DNA of 64,000 nucleotides from an uncultured candidatus Porisulfidus sp. (GCA_965199755.1 CBDASZ010000001.1:832001-896000), one strand, 5' to 3'. Positions 28,640 through 39,282 are shown, counted from the stretch's first letter. Notes: generated by a model from the sequence alone, not told the origin. Translations and numbers: made by a program.

Positions 28640-29737
28640 ATGTTTCTTGAGACTTATCAAACGCAACTTGATCAGCGACAGTTTTCTTTCGATCCCGCAC
28701 AGCAGGATGCGGCGCAAGAACTCCAGCGCATCTACGATGGGCTGACCCAATCCTCCCGCGGGCGAGCACTTATCCGAAAGCGCCTCAACAAACTCACACG
28801 CTCCAAAAATTCCAGCGACACCATGGGCCTCTGGCTGTGGGGTTCGGTCGGCAGTGGCAAGACCTACATGATGGACTTGTTCTTCAATTCTCTGCCGATG
28901 AAGCAAAAGCGCCGTATGCACTTTCATCGTTTCATGCGCCACATACACCACAAACTCAAAGCCATCTCTGACAAACAAAACCCTCTCGACCTGATCACTG
29001 CGCACTTTGCAAAGCGCTATCGCGTGCTGTGCCTGGATGAGTTTTTTGTATTGGACGTAGCGGACGCAATGCTGCTCGCCGGACTTCTGGAGGGTCTGTT
29101 CAAGCATGGGATCATCGTGGTCGCCACCTCCAACTCACACCCGGACGACCTGTACAAAGACGGTTTGCAGCGACAGCGATTCCTGCCGGCGATTGATCTG
29201 ATTAAGGAGCACATGACTCCGTTTGAGTTGAGTGCCGCCTGCGACTATCGACTGCATCATTTGGAGCGCACACAGACCTACTGCCTGAGCGACCAGCCTG
29301 ATGCTGAACAAAATCTGGCGCAGTACTTCGATCATCTGGCGTCCAGCGTCGTTGAGGAGGATACTACCGTTGAAGTGGAAGGCCGCCAGATTCCGGTGCG
29401 ACGCCTGTCGCACGATGCTATCTGGTTTGATTTCGACGCCTTGTGCGAATCCCCACGCTGTGCCAACGACTACATTGCTATCTCGCGCTGCTTTCATACT
29501 GTGCTGCTCTCCAACATTCCTGTCTTTGGTCAGGAACAGGAAGACAGCGCCCGGCGCTTTATCGAAATGATCGATGAGTTCTATGATCACGGCGTCAAGC
29601 TGATTGTTTCCGCCGCCGCTGAACCGGACGCGCTGTATCAGGGCAAGCGTCTGCAGCGCGAGTTCGAGCGTACCAGCAGTCGGCTCTATGAGATGCGCAC
29701 CTCTGAGTACCTCCAACTCCAACACCAGCTTCACTAA
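28640..29737 (+). CDS. zapE: Cell division ATPase ZapE (AFG1 family)
   Basis: GSVGSGKTYMMD, HFHRFM, DEFFV.DVADAM, ATSN, RRFIEMIDEFYD. Confidence 0.92.
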   Translation: MFLETYQTQLDQRQFSFDPAQQDAAQELQRIYDGLTQSSRGRALIRKRLNKLTRSKNSSDTMGLWLWGSVGSGKTYMMDLFFNSLPMKQKRRMHFHRFMRHIHHKLKAISDKQNPLDLITAHFAKRYRVLCLDEFFVLDVADAMLLAGLLEGLFKHGIIVVATSNSHPDDLYKDGLQRQRFLPAIDLIKEHMTPFELSAACDYRLHHLERTQTYCLSDQPDAEQNLAQYFDHLASSVVEEDTTVEVEGRQIPVRRLSHDAIWFDFDALCESPRCANDYIAISRCFHTVLLSNIPVFGQEQEDSARRFIEMIDEFYDHGVKLIVSAAAEPDALYQGKRLQREFERTSSRLYEMRTSEYLQLQHQLH

Positions 29738-29766
29738 AATAGGACTTATTACCACCGGACACTCTG

Positions 29767-30750
29767 ATGCAGACACAACCCAAACGCATAGCCATCACTG
29801 GCGCTGCCGGCAACATCGCCTATCAGGCCATGTTTCGCATCGCTGCCGGAGAACTTCTGGGCGCACAGCAAACCGTGGCCCTCAATCTGGTCGATATTCC
29901 TCCCGCCATGCCCTCTTTAGGCGGCACTGCTATGGAGCTGGAAGACTGCGCCTTCCCGCTGTTGCGCGACGTGGTGCTGGCGGACAATCCCGAAGAGGGT
30001 TTCGCTAATGCCGACTATGTGTTCATGTTCGGTGCGCGCCCGCGTGGCAAAGGCATGGAGCGCAGTGACCTGCTGCAGGAAAACGGCAAGATTTTCGGCC
30101 CACAAGGCCGCGCCCTGAATGATGTCGCCAATCCCGATGTGCATGTACTGGTCATCGGCAACCCAGCCAACACCAATGCCTTGATCGCCGCCCACCATGC
30201 GCCCGATCTGAACCCAAGCCAGTTCTCCGCCATGACACGGCTTGACCACGAGCGCGCACGCTCGCAGCTGGCCATCAAGACAGGAGAGACCGTGGCGGAA
30301 GTCGCCCGCATGACTATCTGGGGCAATCACTCACCACAAATGCACCCGGACATCGGTTACTGCACGATCGCCGGCACGCCGGCACGAGATCTAGTCGACA
30401 ACGAGTGGTACAGCGACACCTTCATTTCTGCCATCCAGCAGCGCGGGGCTCGTGTGATTGAGGCACGCGGCGCATCCTCCGCAGCCTCTGCAGCCAATGC
30501 CGCAATCCTGCATATGCGCGACTGGGTGAGCGGCACTCCCAAAAACAACTGGACCAGCATGAGCGTTTTGTCGGATGGCGCGTACGGTATTGCCGAAGGC
30601 CTGATCTTCTCATTCCCCTGCCGCTGTGAAGAATCCGGTTATACCATCATCCGTGACCTGGAACTGGACGACTTCGGGCGTGAGCGGCTCAAAGCTAACG
30701 AAGAAGAACTGCTCGCAGAGCGCGACGCCGTGCGCGATCTGCTCCAGTAG
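29767..30750 (+). CDS. mdh: Malate dehydrogenase
   Basis: [49 protein letters not shown]. Confidence 0.95.
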   Translation: MQTQPKRIAITGAAGNIAYQAMFRIAAGELLGAQQTVALNLVDIPPAMPSLGGTAMELEDCAFPLLRDVVLADNPEEGFANADYVFMFGARPRGKGMERSDLLQENGKIFGPQGRALNDVANPDVHVLVIGNPANTNALIAAHHAPDLNPSQFSAMTRLDHERARSQLAIKTGETVAEVARMTIWGNHSPQMHPDIGYCTIAGTPARDLVDNEWYSDTFISAIQQRGARVIEARGASSAASAANAAILHMRDWVSGTPKNNWTSMSVLSDGAYGIAEGLIFSFPCRCEESGYTIIRDLELDDFGRERLKANEEELLAERDAVRDLLQ

Positions 30751-30877
30751 TTTCTCCGGCTCGAGTTTGATGATTGAACCTCACCAAACCCGCCGTTTTG
30801 CTAAAAACATGGTGTAGAATAAAACTGGCACTATCAAATTTAGCATAATGCTGATATCGCTCAATGAGGTTATCCAC

Positions 30878-32050
30878 ATGCAAATTCCAACCGACTACCT
30901 TCCCGGTTATGAAAAAGCCAAACTGCTAGATAAAGATTTGGCGGATGCGTTCGTTGCCCATACGATGATCGGCGACCCTGTTGCCGATGCGGCAATGGAA
31001 GCTCTCGAAGAATATGAAACCGAAGAGCAACACGAACTCATCCAAGCCGGACTTGAAAACGACGAAGATAAGTTTCGGGATGCGCCAGACGCCTTGAAAG
31101 AATTTCTGGAAGTCGTCTCCAACCCGCCGCCGCATATCGTTTTCGACCCCGACAAGGCGCTGCCTGGCACCCTCGCCTTCTATCGCGATTCCGACATGTT
31201 TCTGGTCGGCCTGGCGCTGGAGTCGCTGACCGGCCTGTCAGAAGGACTGGCCAAGGCGTTCTATGTAACGGAGCGCGCGCTCAACAACCTGCGCCGCTTC
31301 AAGCAGAACACGCGCCACATTATTGAGATCACCTTGCCCGGCGGCATGGACCGCTTCGGCGATGGCTGGAAACTGTCCGTTCGCATTCGGTTGGTGCACT
31401 CCCGCGTGAGACGCCTGCTGTACAACTCCGAACATTGGGACATTCCGGCTGAGGGAATCCCGCTGCACATGGCGCACATGGGCATGGCGTCCACCGGATT
31501 CTCAATGCTGAATCTGCAGTCCGCGCGAAAGTTGGGCGTCAAACTAACTGAAGAGGAAAGCGAAGGATTCATGCACATCTGGCACTACGTGGCCTGGCTA
31601 TTTGGAGTTCCGGACAGATTGCTCCAGTATATGGAATCCGAAGCCTCCGCCAGGTATTTCAGAAATATCGCCCTCACTTGCGAATGCCCTCCGGGACCGA
31701 TGGCAACGGCTGTCGCGAAAGGATACATTGGCGCGGTGCCCGACATCCTGCAAGTCGAGGACGAAGAGCGTGAGAAACTGATGCGCACCCTCTTTCGCGT
31801 GGCTCGCGCGCTGGTCGGCGACAAGGATGCTGATGCGCTGAACTTCCCGAAGATGATGACCGTGGGAACCTTGCCACTTGTCAAAATGCAGCGGAAAATG
31901 CGGAAGAAATATGCGAACTACCTGGGTGACGAGCAGTCATTCGCGTTCAAGAATTTCTTTGCCCTGCTGCAGCAGTCGGTCTATGACGATACTGGAATCA
32001 GTTATCGCATGCCGGATGCCGTGAAGGAGTCCGCCACCGTCGAGTGGTAA
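30878..32050 (+). CDS. Oxygenase MpaB / rubber oxygenase (Lcp)-like protein, paralog 1
   Basis: GDPVADA, RRFKQN...PGGM...GWKLSVRIRLVHSRVR (putative heme His), WHYVAWLFGV; GAGG RBS before ATG 30878. Confidence 0.8.
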   Translation: MQIPTDYLPGYEKAKLLDKDLADAFVAHTMIGDPVADAAMEALEEYETEEQHELIQAGLENDEDKFRDAPDALKEFLEVVSNPPPHIVFDPDKALPGTLAFYRDSDMFLVGLALESLTGLSEGLAKAFYVTERALNNLRRFKQNTRHIIEITLPGGMDRFGDGWKLSVRIRLVHSRVRRLLYNSEHWDIPAEGIPLHMAHMGMASTGFSMLNLQSARKLGVKLTEEESEGFMHIWHYVAWLFGVPDRLLQYMESEASARYFRNIALTCECPPGPMATAVAKGYIGAVPDILQVEDEEREKLMRTLFRVARALVGDKDADALNFPKMMTVGTLPLVKMQRKMRKKYANYLGDEQSFAFKNFFALLQQSVYDDTGISYRMPDAVKESATVEW

Positions 32051-32094
32051 GCGATCGCGGCTGAACCGCGACCCATCGCAATCAAAAACAATTC

Positions 32095-32115
32095 GCCGCC
32101 CCGTCTCGGGGCGGC
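32095..32115. terminator. Hairpin terminator between convergent genes
   Basis: GCCGCCCCG-TCT-CGGGGCGGC followed by ACTTTT. Confidence 0.7.
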
Positions 32116-32119
32116 ACTT

Positions 32120-34429
32120 TTAGGTGCTGCTCGGCTGCGGGCTGGCCGATGAGGCTTTTCTTCGGTCGAGGAAGGACAACAAGCCTGGAAGGAGCAGAAA
32201 ATCAGTAAACAGGGCGAAGACCACTGTCATCGCCACCATCGAGCCGAGCACCCAACTCGCGGCAAACCCGGACAAGGTGAGTACCAGAAAGCCCGCGGTC
32301 AAAACCGCTGTGGTGGTCCATAGTGCCTGACCCACGGTGGTGAAAGCGTAGCGTACGGATTCGGATGGCGTCTCCCCCTTGCGTCGGCCCCTGTCGTACT
32401 TGCTGAGAAAATGAATCGTGTCATCCACGATGAGGCCAAACACAACGGCCACCACCACCGACGCGGTCAGCCCGATATTTCCGAATGCGTAGCCCCACAG
32501 GCCAAACGCCATGAGCGCCGGGAGCAAGTTAGGGATCAGACTGATGGCTCCTAACAGCAGGCTGCGGAAAATGCCGACCAGAATGAGAGAAATTAGCACC
32601 ATGCCCAACGCCGCAGAACCGAGCATGCTACTCATATTGCGCTCTGCGATATGCGCCATTATCACACTCACCCCAGTGGCGTCTCCGGCCAAATCAGGCA
32701 TATTCACCTGCAGCCAATCCTGTGCCCGCTGTTCCAACTCCTGAAGCTCCCGGGACGAGATATTCTTGACCGTCACTGTCATTCGACTTGAGGTCTTGCC
32801 AATATCAATGCGGTCATTGAGATCCGCTCCCAGCGGGAGGGACAATTCATAAAGTAACAGGTATTGCGCGGCCAGTTCCCGGTCCTCCGGCAAGCGGTGG
32901 TAATCGGGATCATCTCCGTGCATGTTTTTGTTCAGCCGCTTCATGGTGTCCGGCAAGCCCTTCACGTGAAGTACTTCAGGCTGCTCGCGGAACCAGTTCG
33001 CGAATATGTCTGCTTTGCGCAGATATTCCGGCTCGACCACGCCGCTCTCTTCCCCGGAATGCAAAGAATACTCCAGAGTGTCGAGCCCGGTCAGGTTGGC
33101 CAGAATGTAATCCGAGTCTCGCCTGACTTCGTAGCTCTCATCAAAAGACTCTACCAGTTTGTTGCCCAGATCAATGTGCCAGATTCCCGATACCAGAACC
33201 AATGTCAATACTCCGGTCGAAAGCAGCAACAAAGAGCGTCGCGCGATCACGAAATCAGAAAACCATACGAAGAACTCGGTTTTGCCTTCACGCACACGAG
33301 GCGGTCGCAATGGCAGGATCGACAACAGCGCCGGCAGCAATGTCATGCTGTAGACGAAGGCGCAGAGAATACCAAATGCGACAAAGTTTCCCAACACCTG
33401 AAACGGCGGAGACTCTGAAGCGTTCAATGCGAGGAACCCTATCGCGGTTGTCACCGACGTGTAGAACACGGGCTGTGCATTCAGGCACACGGAGTCCATG
33501 ATCGCTTCCTGACGGCTCCGCCCTCGTCTCATACCGCGAAGCGCCCCGGAAATAATATGGATGGAATCCGCGATGGCAATTACCATAATGATGATCGGAA
33601 TCGCCGCATTGGTGGGACTGAACACGGTGCCGTACCAGCCGCCGCTTCCCATCGCTGTCATCAATACGAACAAGAGCACCGCCACCAGTGAAAACGCGCC
33701 GAAGAAAGAACGCAAAATCACCATGGCCATGACAATAATGAGTAACAGGGTCATTGGCACCAGCACGCTGAAGTTCTCTTCCGTAGCTGAACCAAACGCG
33801 CGGTTGAGGATGATCGAGCCTGTCATGTAGAAATTGATGTTCGGATATTTCTCGCGGGCCTGCGCCAGCATGTCATCGGCGTAGCCGCCCACCTCGATGA
33901 CAGCGGTGTCCTGGACTTCCGGCAAGATGAAACTGATGATCATGCCGAGCGTACGCCCGTCTTTGGCCACCAGATGCCCGACCAACTCCTCTTCATTGAG
34001 CGCGATGTTCTGGATGCGCGACAGATCCTCTGGTGTCAGCGAATCCACATCGCCAACCAGCGGAGCCACATTGAGTTCATCCCCAAAGGCCTCGCTGTGC
34101 ATGTGATTAGTGAGAGAACTCACGCGGGTGGAATACGGCACTTGCCAGCCGGCCTCGGTCATCTCATCAAGAGCACTGAGCACCTCTGGTGTGAATGCGG
34201 ATCCCTCATTCGGAGTCATCGCGATCACCACGGTGTCAGAGGAGGCATAGGTCTCCTTCAATGCCTGGTATGCCAGATACTGCTGATTGTTCGGGCCGAA
34301 CAGAATGCGGTAGTCATTGGCCACCGTCAGGTATTGAGCGCCGCCCCCCGCCGCAAACGTGGTGATGGCAACTAGCGCGATGACTGGCCATCGGTATTGA
34401 AGAATGGTATTGATATAGCGTTCAAGCAT
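32120..34429 (-). CDS. MMPL/RND-superfamily lipid transporter
   Basis: Duplicated architecture of 1 TM + periplasmic loop + 5 TM; IAIADSIHI and GLIVDDTIHF proton-relay motifs; 769 aa. Confidence 0.88.
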   Translation of the reverse strand: MLERYINTILQYRWPVIALVAITTFAAGGGAQYLTVANDYRILFGPNNQQYLAYQALKETYASSDTVVIAMTPNEGSAFTPEVLSALDEMTEAGWQVPYSTRVSSLTNHMHSEAFGDELNVAPLVGDVDSLTPEDLSRIQNIALNEEELVGHLVAKDGRTLGMIISFILPEVQDTAVIEVGGYADDMLAQAREKYPNINFYMTGSIILNRAFGSATEENFSVLVPMTLLLIIVMAMVILRSFFGAFSLVAVLLFVLMTAMGSGGWYGTVFSPTNAAIPIIIMVIAIADSIHIISGALRGMRRGRSRQEAIMDSVCLNAQPVFYTSVTTAIGFLALNASESPPFQVLGNFVAFGILCAFVYSMTLLPALLSILPLRPPRVREGKTEFFVWFSDFVIARRSLLLLSTGVLTLVLVSGIWHIDLGNKLVESFDESYEVRRDSDYILANLTGLDTLEYSLHSGEESGVVEPEYLRKADIFANWFREQPEVLHVKGLPDTMKRLNKNMHGDDPDYHRLPEDRELAAQYLLLYELSLPLGADLNDRIDIGKTSSRMTVTVKNISSRELQELEQRAQDWLQVNMPDLAGDATGVSVIMAHIAERNMSSMLGSAALGMVLISLILVGIFRSLLLGAISLIPNLLPALMAFGLWGYAFGNIGLTASVVVAVVFGLIVDDTIHFLSKYDRGRRKGETPSESVRYAFTTVGQALWTTTAVLTAGFLVLTLSGFAASWVLGSMVAMTVVFALFTDFLLLPGLLSFLDRRKASSASPQPSST

Positions 34430-34564
34430 TAGGGGGTCGCCTGCTGTTTTTACTCGGCTGCGGTTAAAAATGCGTCAGTTCGCAATATATCACGTCGCCG
34501 TTATCGCCTGATTCCGATGTTTCAGTGTCAGGGAGTGCGGCACACTAATGCTCTGACGGATCAC

Positions 34565-35743
34565 TCACCAGTCACGTGATTCGGAAGCGCGCACCTTGTC
34601 CGGCATCCGATAACTGATGCCACCCTCGTCGTACAGGGAAATCTGAAACATCTGCAGAAAATTGCCTGCGCGAACAACCTGCTGGTTTTTGAGCAGGAAG
34701 CCAATATACTGCTTGAGCCTGAACAGTAGAATGGTGTTCTTGATGGTTCTTCGGCTTGTTTTAGGGTACTCGAGGGCATCCGCGAGCTCATCCCCAATCA
34801 AAGCGCGCGATAGGCGGTAGGCCAAAGTGATGATTTTCTTGTGCATCTTGGGACTCTCAAAACCAGCCACCTTAGGAATCGAATTGATCAGCAGATTCGC
34901 CATGACGACGGAGTTCTCATCCGGTGGTGGCTCCAGTGTATGCCCCACCTGATAAATTTGTTCCGCATCAGCACGGGTTTCGTATAGGATCGAATCTGGA
35001 ATCCCCATCAAATGGCCGGCGTAGCGCCAAGTCGCAATGACGCTGTCTTCTTGCTCTTCGGTCATGCGCGCTCCTACCATCTTGGCGTTGTCAACCAGAC
35101 GCTTTGAAAAGACCGAAATGGATAAACCCATATTCGCCGCGCTCAGCGGGGTTCCCCACGCCTCTTGGTCCCAGTCAGGAAAGTGCGACAGAAGGTTGCG
35201 AACACGCGCATGCACAAAGCGAACGCGAACGGACAGCTTCCAGCCATCATTCTTGCGCTGCAATCCACCCGGGTAAAAGATTTCCATCACCTGACGGTTG
35301 TTCTGCATCAGGCGTCGGGAAGTGGCTCCCACGCGGCCAGTCATGTTGAAAGACTTGGCAATAGTCGTGGCAAAGCCTTCAACCAGCACGCCGGTCACAA
35401 ACGCCACCAGCATGGTTTCAACATACATGCTGAACACGCGGGCACCTGGCTCGAAGGCCTTGTAATCCAGCCACTCCGGTGGTTCGTTGGCGACTTCAAA
35501 GAAATCGCGGATGTATTGCGGTGCTTCCCTCATTACCTGTTCCTCCCCTTCAATCCCAGCTCGAATGAAGCGATCGACATCATCAGGAGCCAGCTCCTGG
35601 TGCATCTGCTCCATGACAGGGTCCAGTTGGGGATCACCGAAGGTTGTGTGCCGCAGATAATTATCCGCGCATTCCTTGTCAATGGCATGCGCCTTGCCCG
35701 CTTCTGCTTGCGGGCGATAGATGGTCGGAATAACGATGCTCAT
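34565..35743 (-). CDS. Oxygenase MpaB / rubber oxygenase (Lcp)-like protein, paralog 2
   Basis: GDPQLD, PPEWLD, RRLMQN...PGGL...GWKLSVRVRFVHARVR, WGTPLS, WRYAGHLMGI. Confidence 0.82.
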   Translation of the reverse strand: MSIVIPTIYRPQAEAGKAHAIDKECADNYLRHTTFGDPQLDPVMEQMHQELAPDDVDRFIRAGIEGEEQVMREAPQYIRDFFEVANEPPEWLDYKAFEPGARVFSMYVETMLVAFVTGVLVEGFATTIAKSFNMTGRVGATSRRLMQNNRQVMEIFYPGGLQRKNDGWKLSVRVRFVHARVRNLLSHFPDWDQEAWGTPLSAANMGLSISVFSKRLVDNAKMVGARMTEEQEDSVIATWRYAGHLMGIPDSILYETRADAEQIYQVGHTLEPPPDENSVVMANLLINSIPKVAGFESPKMHKKIITLAYRLSRALIGDELADALEYPKTSRRTIKNTILLFRLKQYIGFLLKNQQVVRAGNFLQMFQISLYDEGGISYRMPDKVRASESRDW

Positions 35744-35946
35744 TTTTACTTCAGGCGGTCAACAGTTTGCCGAAAGTCCCTTCAGAACACAGGGCTTCAA
35801 GTAGCACACGCACGGAGTTACACAAGGCGCTTCACCCGCGCTGCAGGAAGGGTTCTGCCTGTGCGTACCAACGGTATGTATCATTCTTCCCTCAACGTGT
35901 TGGTTACCCGTCAAGAGGCCCGAAAGCCTGCTGCCTTGTTCTTTTT

Positions 35947-35955
35947 AGTATAGCA
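35947..35955 (-). promoter_or_regulatory. Extended -10 promoter for mpaB paralog 2
   Basis: Minus strand TGCTATACT; a TTGACA lies upstream but at a short 14-nt spacing. Confidence 0.45.
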
Positions 35956-36075
35956 CCAGATGGCTCTGTCAAGCACACATTGCACCTCCTTTGATGCCAC
36001 ATCATCTCAGGGGGAGGCAGAATGAAAGCCCGGAGCCTGCAGCAATATACGCAATATCAGGTTCCAGTGCTGTGC

Positions 36076-36939
36076 TTACAGATTGACGCCTTCCCACTCG
36101 GTGACGAAATCGTGAATCAGTTCCGCGACTGCATCCGGGCGATCTTCCAGCACATAATGGCCGGCGCGTTCTATTTTCTCGAAACGGCACGGGCCGGCAA
36201 TGGCGGCTTTCAGCCGCTCGCCGGACTCCACTGGCATCCAGGCATCATGCACTGCCCAGCACACCATGGTCGGACAAGTAATCTGACTGTGATCCACGCC
36301 CATGGTCTCCTCATTGCTCGGCTGCGAGCAAACCTTGACCAGTGACTTGAAGCCGGTCAGGCCCGGTCCGCGCGCCCAGAAGGACAGATAGTTCTCTTTG
36401 ACATTCTTGTCGCTGAAGGCGGTCTTCTCATGGCTGCCCATCAGTAGCAGCGCATGGAACCCTGCGGCGGCCTGCCCCATCGCCATTTGCAGCACCTCAT
36501 CCGATGCGCCGACCAAAGCGTTGAAGGCTTCGACTTCCAGCACCGGCCAGTAATCCCAGGCTACCGGGTTGATCAGTACCAGTCGGGTGATGTGATCAGC
36601 ATATTTGGAGGCGAAGATTTGCGCCGCACCGCCACCATGATCGTGCGCGACCAGAATCACATTGCCCTTGAGCCCAAGCCCTTCGATGACTTCCCGAATA
36701 GCCTCGGCCTGATTCGTCAGCGTATGCTCGAAGTCATCCAACGGCATTGAGGATTGTCCGTAGCCGACCATGTCCATGGCGTAGGTTTGATAGCGGTCGG
36801 ACAGCATGCCCTGAACGTGTCGCCATAGGCGAGCATTGGTCGGAATTCCGTGCACCATCAATAGTGCTGGCCCTTCGGAGCCCTGTTGTTCGATGTTAAT
36901 CTCAAGGTCGAGACCTGAGACATTAATATTCTGTTTCAT
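36076..36939 (-). CDS. Alpha/beta hydrolase, epoxide hydrolase/haloalkane dehalogenase-like
   Basis: HGIPT oxyanion motif, DMVGYGQS, AHDHGG (Asp nucleophile), RAGHY; GGAGG RBS before ATG 36939. Confidence 0.85.
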   Translation of the reverse strand: MKQNINVSGLDLEINIEQQGSEGPALLMVHGIPTNARLWRHVQGMLSDRYQTYAMDMVGYGQSSMPLDDFEHTLTNQAEAIREVIEGLGLKGNVILVAHDHGGGAAQIFASKYADHITRLVLINPVAWDYWPVLEVEAFNALVGASDEVLQMAMGQAAAGFHALLLMGSHEKTAFSDKNVKENYLSFWARGPGLTGFKSLVKVCSQPSNEETMGVDHSQITCPTMVCWAVHDAWMPVESGERLKAAIAGPCRFEKIERAGHYVLEDRPDAVAELIHDFVTEWEGVNL

Positions 36940-37036
36940 TGCTTCCTCCTGTTTATCAATGATGAAGGTTAAAAACGCTATGCCATTATCATACACGCTT
37001 GCAGCCTAAGTCCTGCTCTCTGCCCTTGCCTGCTCC

Positions 37037-37732
37037 ATGCGTTTCCTGATCATCGCGCTGCTTCTAGCCGGAGCATACTTCATTCTGCGCAGCCTGTACC
37101 GACAATCTCCGCAACTGATGTACCGCTGGCTTGGCATCATCGCCGGTGCCGGTCTGATCGCATTGGTGATCACCGGGCGCGCCCATTGGCTGGCCGCAGT
37201 GGCAGGCGCGATCCTGCCGTTTCTTGGCAAGGCGATGCTGGTGCTGCGCTGGCTGCCGTTCCTTCCTCTGCTTCGGCGCGTTCTAGGCGGCAACACCATG
37301 CGACTGAAAACCGCATGGCTTAAGGTCACCATGGATCGGGCCACCGGCGCACTTGACGGTGCTGTACTTCAAGGTGAGTTCAAAGGTCGCCAGCTCGGAC
37401 AACTCAGCATCCCGGAATTACAACAACTGCTGCAAGCATGCAGTTCGGACCCACAATCGGTCTCTCTGCTCCGCGCCTATCTGCAACGTTGCCGATCCGA
37501 CTGGCAGGAATCCTCCAGCACCGGAAGCCGCGCAAGCGATGACGACGGCTTCGCGTCAGGCACAATGTCGGTTGACACCGCGGCGCGCATTCTCGGCATC
37601 CCTCCTCATGCAAGCAATGATGACATTCGCGACGCGCATCGCCGGCTGATGCAAAAACTGCACCCAGATCGCGGCGGCAACGACTACCTCACGCAGAAAA
37701 TCAATCAGGCCCGCGATACCCTGTTGCACTGA
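37037..37732 (+). CDS. Membrane-anchored C-terminal J-domain protein
   Basis: N-terminal hydrophobic helices; AARILG...AHRRLMQKLHPDRGG..INQARD. Confidence 0.85.
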   Translation: MRFLIIALLLAGAYFILRSLYRQSPQLMYRWLGIIAGAGLIALVITGRAHWLAAVAGAILPFLGKAMLVLRWLPFLPLLRRVLGGNTMRLKTAWLKVTMDRATGALDGAVLQGEFKGRQLGQLSIPELQQLLQACSSDPQSVSLLRAYLQRCRSDWQESSSTGSRASDDDGFASGTMSVDTAARILGIPPHASNDDIRDAHRRLMQKLHPDRGGNDYLTQKINQARDTLLH

Positions 37733-38315
37733 CCGTATGAGCGCGGCGCCACCGCGCCAGCATCAGCAGCACAAATACCCCCGCGTAAATGGTCGGCTCC
37801 AGAAAGTCTGCGCGCGTCAGCCAGAAATAATGCAGCAGTCCGGCCACCGTGGCAACATAAACCAATCGATGCAACCGTTGCCAAGCACGTCCCATGGCGC
37901 GCTGTGCGCGGCGACTTGAGGTGAGTGCCAGCGGTACCAGCAAGGCAAACGCGGTCATTCCCGCGGTGATGAACGGACGCTCCAAAATGTCGAACCCGAT
38001 CTCTGTCCAGTCAAAGAATTGATCGAACCACAGGTAGGTCAGCAGATGCGCACTGCCGTAGGTAAACGCCGTCAGCCCGAACAGACGTCGATAGCGCAAC
38101 AGAATTTGCCATTGAAAGAAGCGCACCATCGGTGAGATGGCCAGCGTAATCAGCAGCAGCCGCAGAGTCCAGAGTCCGGTTGCGCGCGTGAGTGTCTCCA
38201 GTGGGTTGGGGCCCAGAGCCTCGATGTAAAAGCCTACGGCCAATTCTAGTGCCGGTGCCAGACACAGCAGGAACAGCGCAGGCCCGATCCAGGACAGCGG
38301 GCGATGCGCTGGCAT
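37701..38315 (-). CDS. msrQ: Methionine sulfoxide reductase heme-binding subunit
   Basis: TGLWTLR, RRLFGL..F.Y...H, RPFITAG, LALTS, WQRLHRLVY. Confidence 0.92.
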   Translation of the reverse strand: MPAHRPLSWIGPALFLLCLAPALELAVGFYIEALGPNPLETLTRATGLWTLRLLLITLAISPMVRFFQWQILLRYRRLFGLTAFTYGSAHLLTYLWFDQFFDWTEIGFDILERPFITAGMTAFALLVPLALTSSRRAQRAMGRAWQRLHRLVYVATVAGLLHYFWLTRADFLEPTIYAGVFVLLMLARWRRAHTVSATGYRGPD

Positions 38316-38316
38316 C

Positions 38317-39270
38317 TTAGAAATGTTTGCTCAGATCCATTCCCGCGTACAGGGAAGCGACCTCTTCCTCATAGCCGTTGAACATCAGCGTCGCACGTTT
38401 GCCAAATTCGCCGATGCGCCGTTCGCGGCGCTGGCTCCAGCGCGGATGCCGCACGGTCGGATTGACGTTGGAGTAAAACCCGTATTCGTGAGGGGTGGCC
38501 TTGTTCCATGCGGTCGGCGGCTGCTGTTCCACAAAGCGGATGCGGACAATCGACTTGATGCTCTTGAAGCCGTACTTCCATGGCACCACCAGTCGGATCG
38601 GCGCACCATTCTGATTCGGCAACTCCTCGCCATACATGCCAACTGTCAGCAAGGCCAACGGGTGCATCGCCTCATCAATGCGCAAGCCTTCGACATATGG
38701 CCACTCAATCACATCGCGGCGTTGCCCCGGCAGGTTGTCAGGATCCATGATGGTCTGGAAGGCCACGTAGCGCGCTTGTGACGTGGGCTTGAAACGCCGC
38801 AGCACTGAGGCCAATGGCACGCCCAGCCACGGGATAACCATCGACCAAGCCTCCACACAGCGCAGTCGATAAATGCGCTCCTCGGCCTCGTCACTGCGAA
38901 TCAGATCCTCAAAGGCATAAGTGCCGGGCGCTTCACAGTGTCCTTCCACCTCAACGCTCCAGGGTTCGGTGATCAGAAGTTCGGCATTGCGCGACGGATC
39001 GGTCTTGCCATAGCCTAGTTCATAGAAATTGTTGTAGTGCGTCGCGGCGCGCTTATCAGTCCACTCCTCATCTGTCGAGTAGGAACTGCGTCTGGGAGAT
39101 TCGGGGATCAAACTTGCGGATGCGGTATCCGGCAACAACCATCCACCGGCTGCCAGCGTCGCACCGGCTGCAGCGCACTGCTGCAGAAATTGCCGCCGCT
39201 GACGATACAGCTGTTGAGGCGTGACCGCGGATTCCTTTTCATCCGAGCGCCGCGCACTGCGAATCAGCAT
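38317..39270 (-). CDS. msrP: Methionine sulfoxide reductase catalytic molybdo-subunit
   Basis: Tat signal [46 protein letters not shown]. Confidence 0.96.
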   Translation of the reverse strand: MLIRSARRSDEKESAVTPQQLYRQRRQFLQQCAAAGATLAAGGWLLPDTASASLIPESPRRSSYSTDEEWTDKRAATHYNNFYELGYGKTDPSRNAELLITEPWSVEVEGHCEAPGTYAFEDLIRSDEAEERIYRLRCVEAWSMVIPWLGVPLASVLRRFKPTSQARYVAFQTIMDPDNLPGQRRDVIEWPYVEGLRIDEAMHPLALLTVGMYGEELPNQNGAPIRLVVPWKYGFKSIKSIVRIRFVEQQPPTAWNKATPHEYGFYSNVNPTVRHPRWSQRRERRIGEFGKRATLMFNGYEEEVASLYAGMDLSKHF

Positions 39271-39282
39271 GATGGTATTTCT

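Noticed and set aside
35165-35953. 262-aa + strand ORF, and similar long ORFs at 1289-1957, 3548-4246, 29135-29776 and 60874-61542
   Set aside because: Antisense shadows of well-supported genes in GC-rich DNA; no recognisable motifs.
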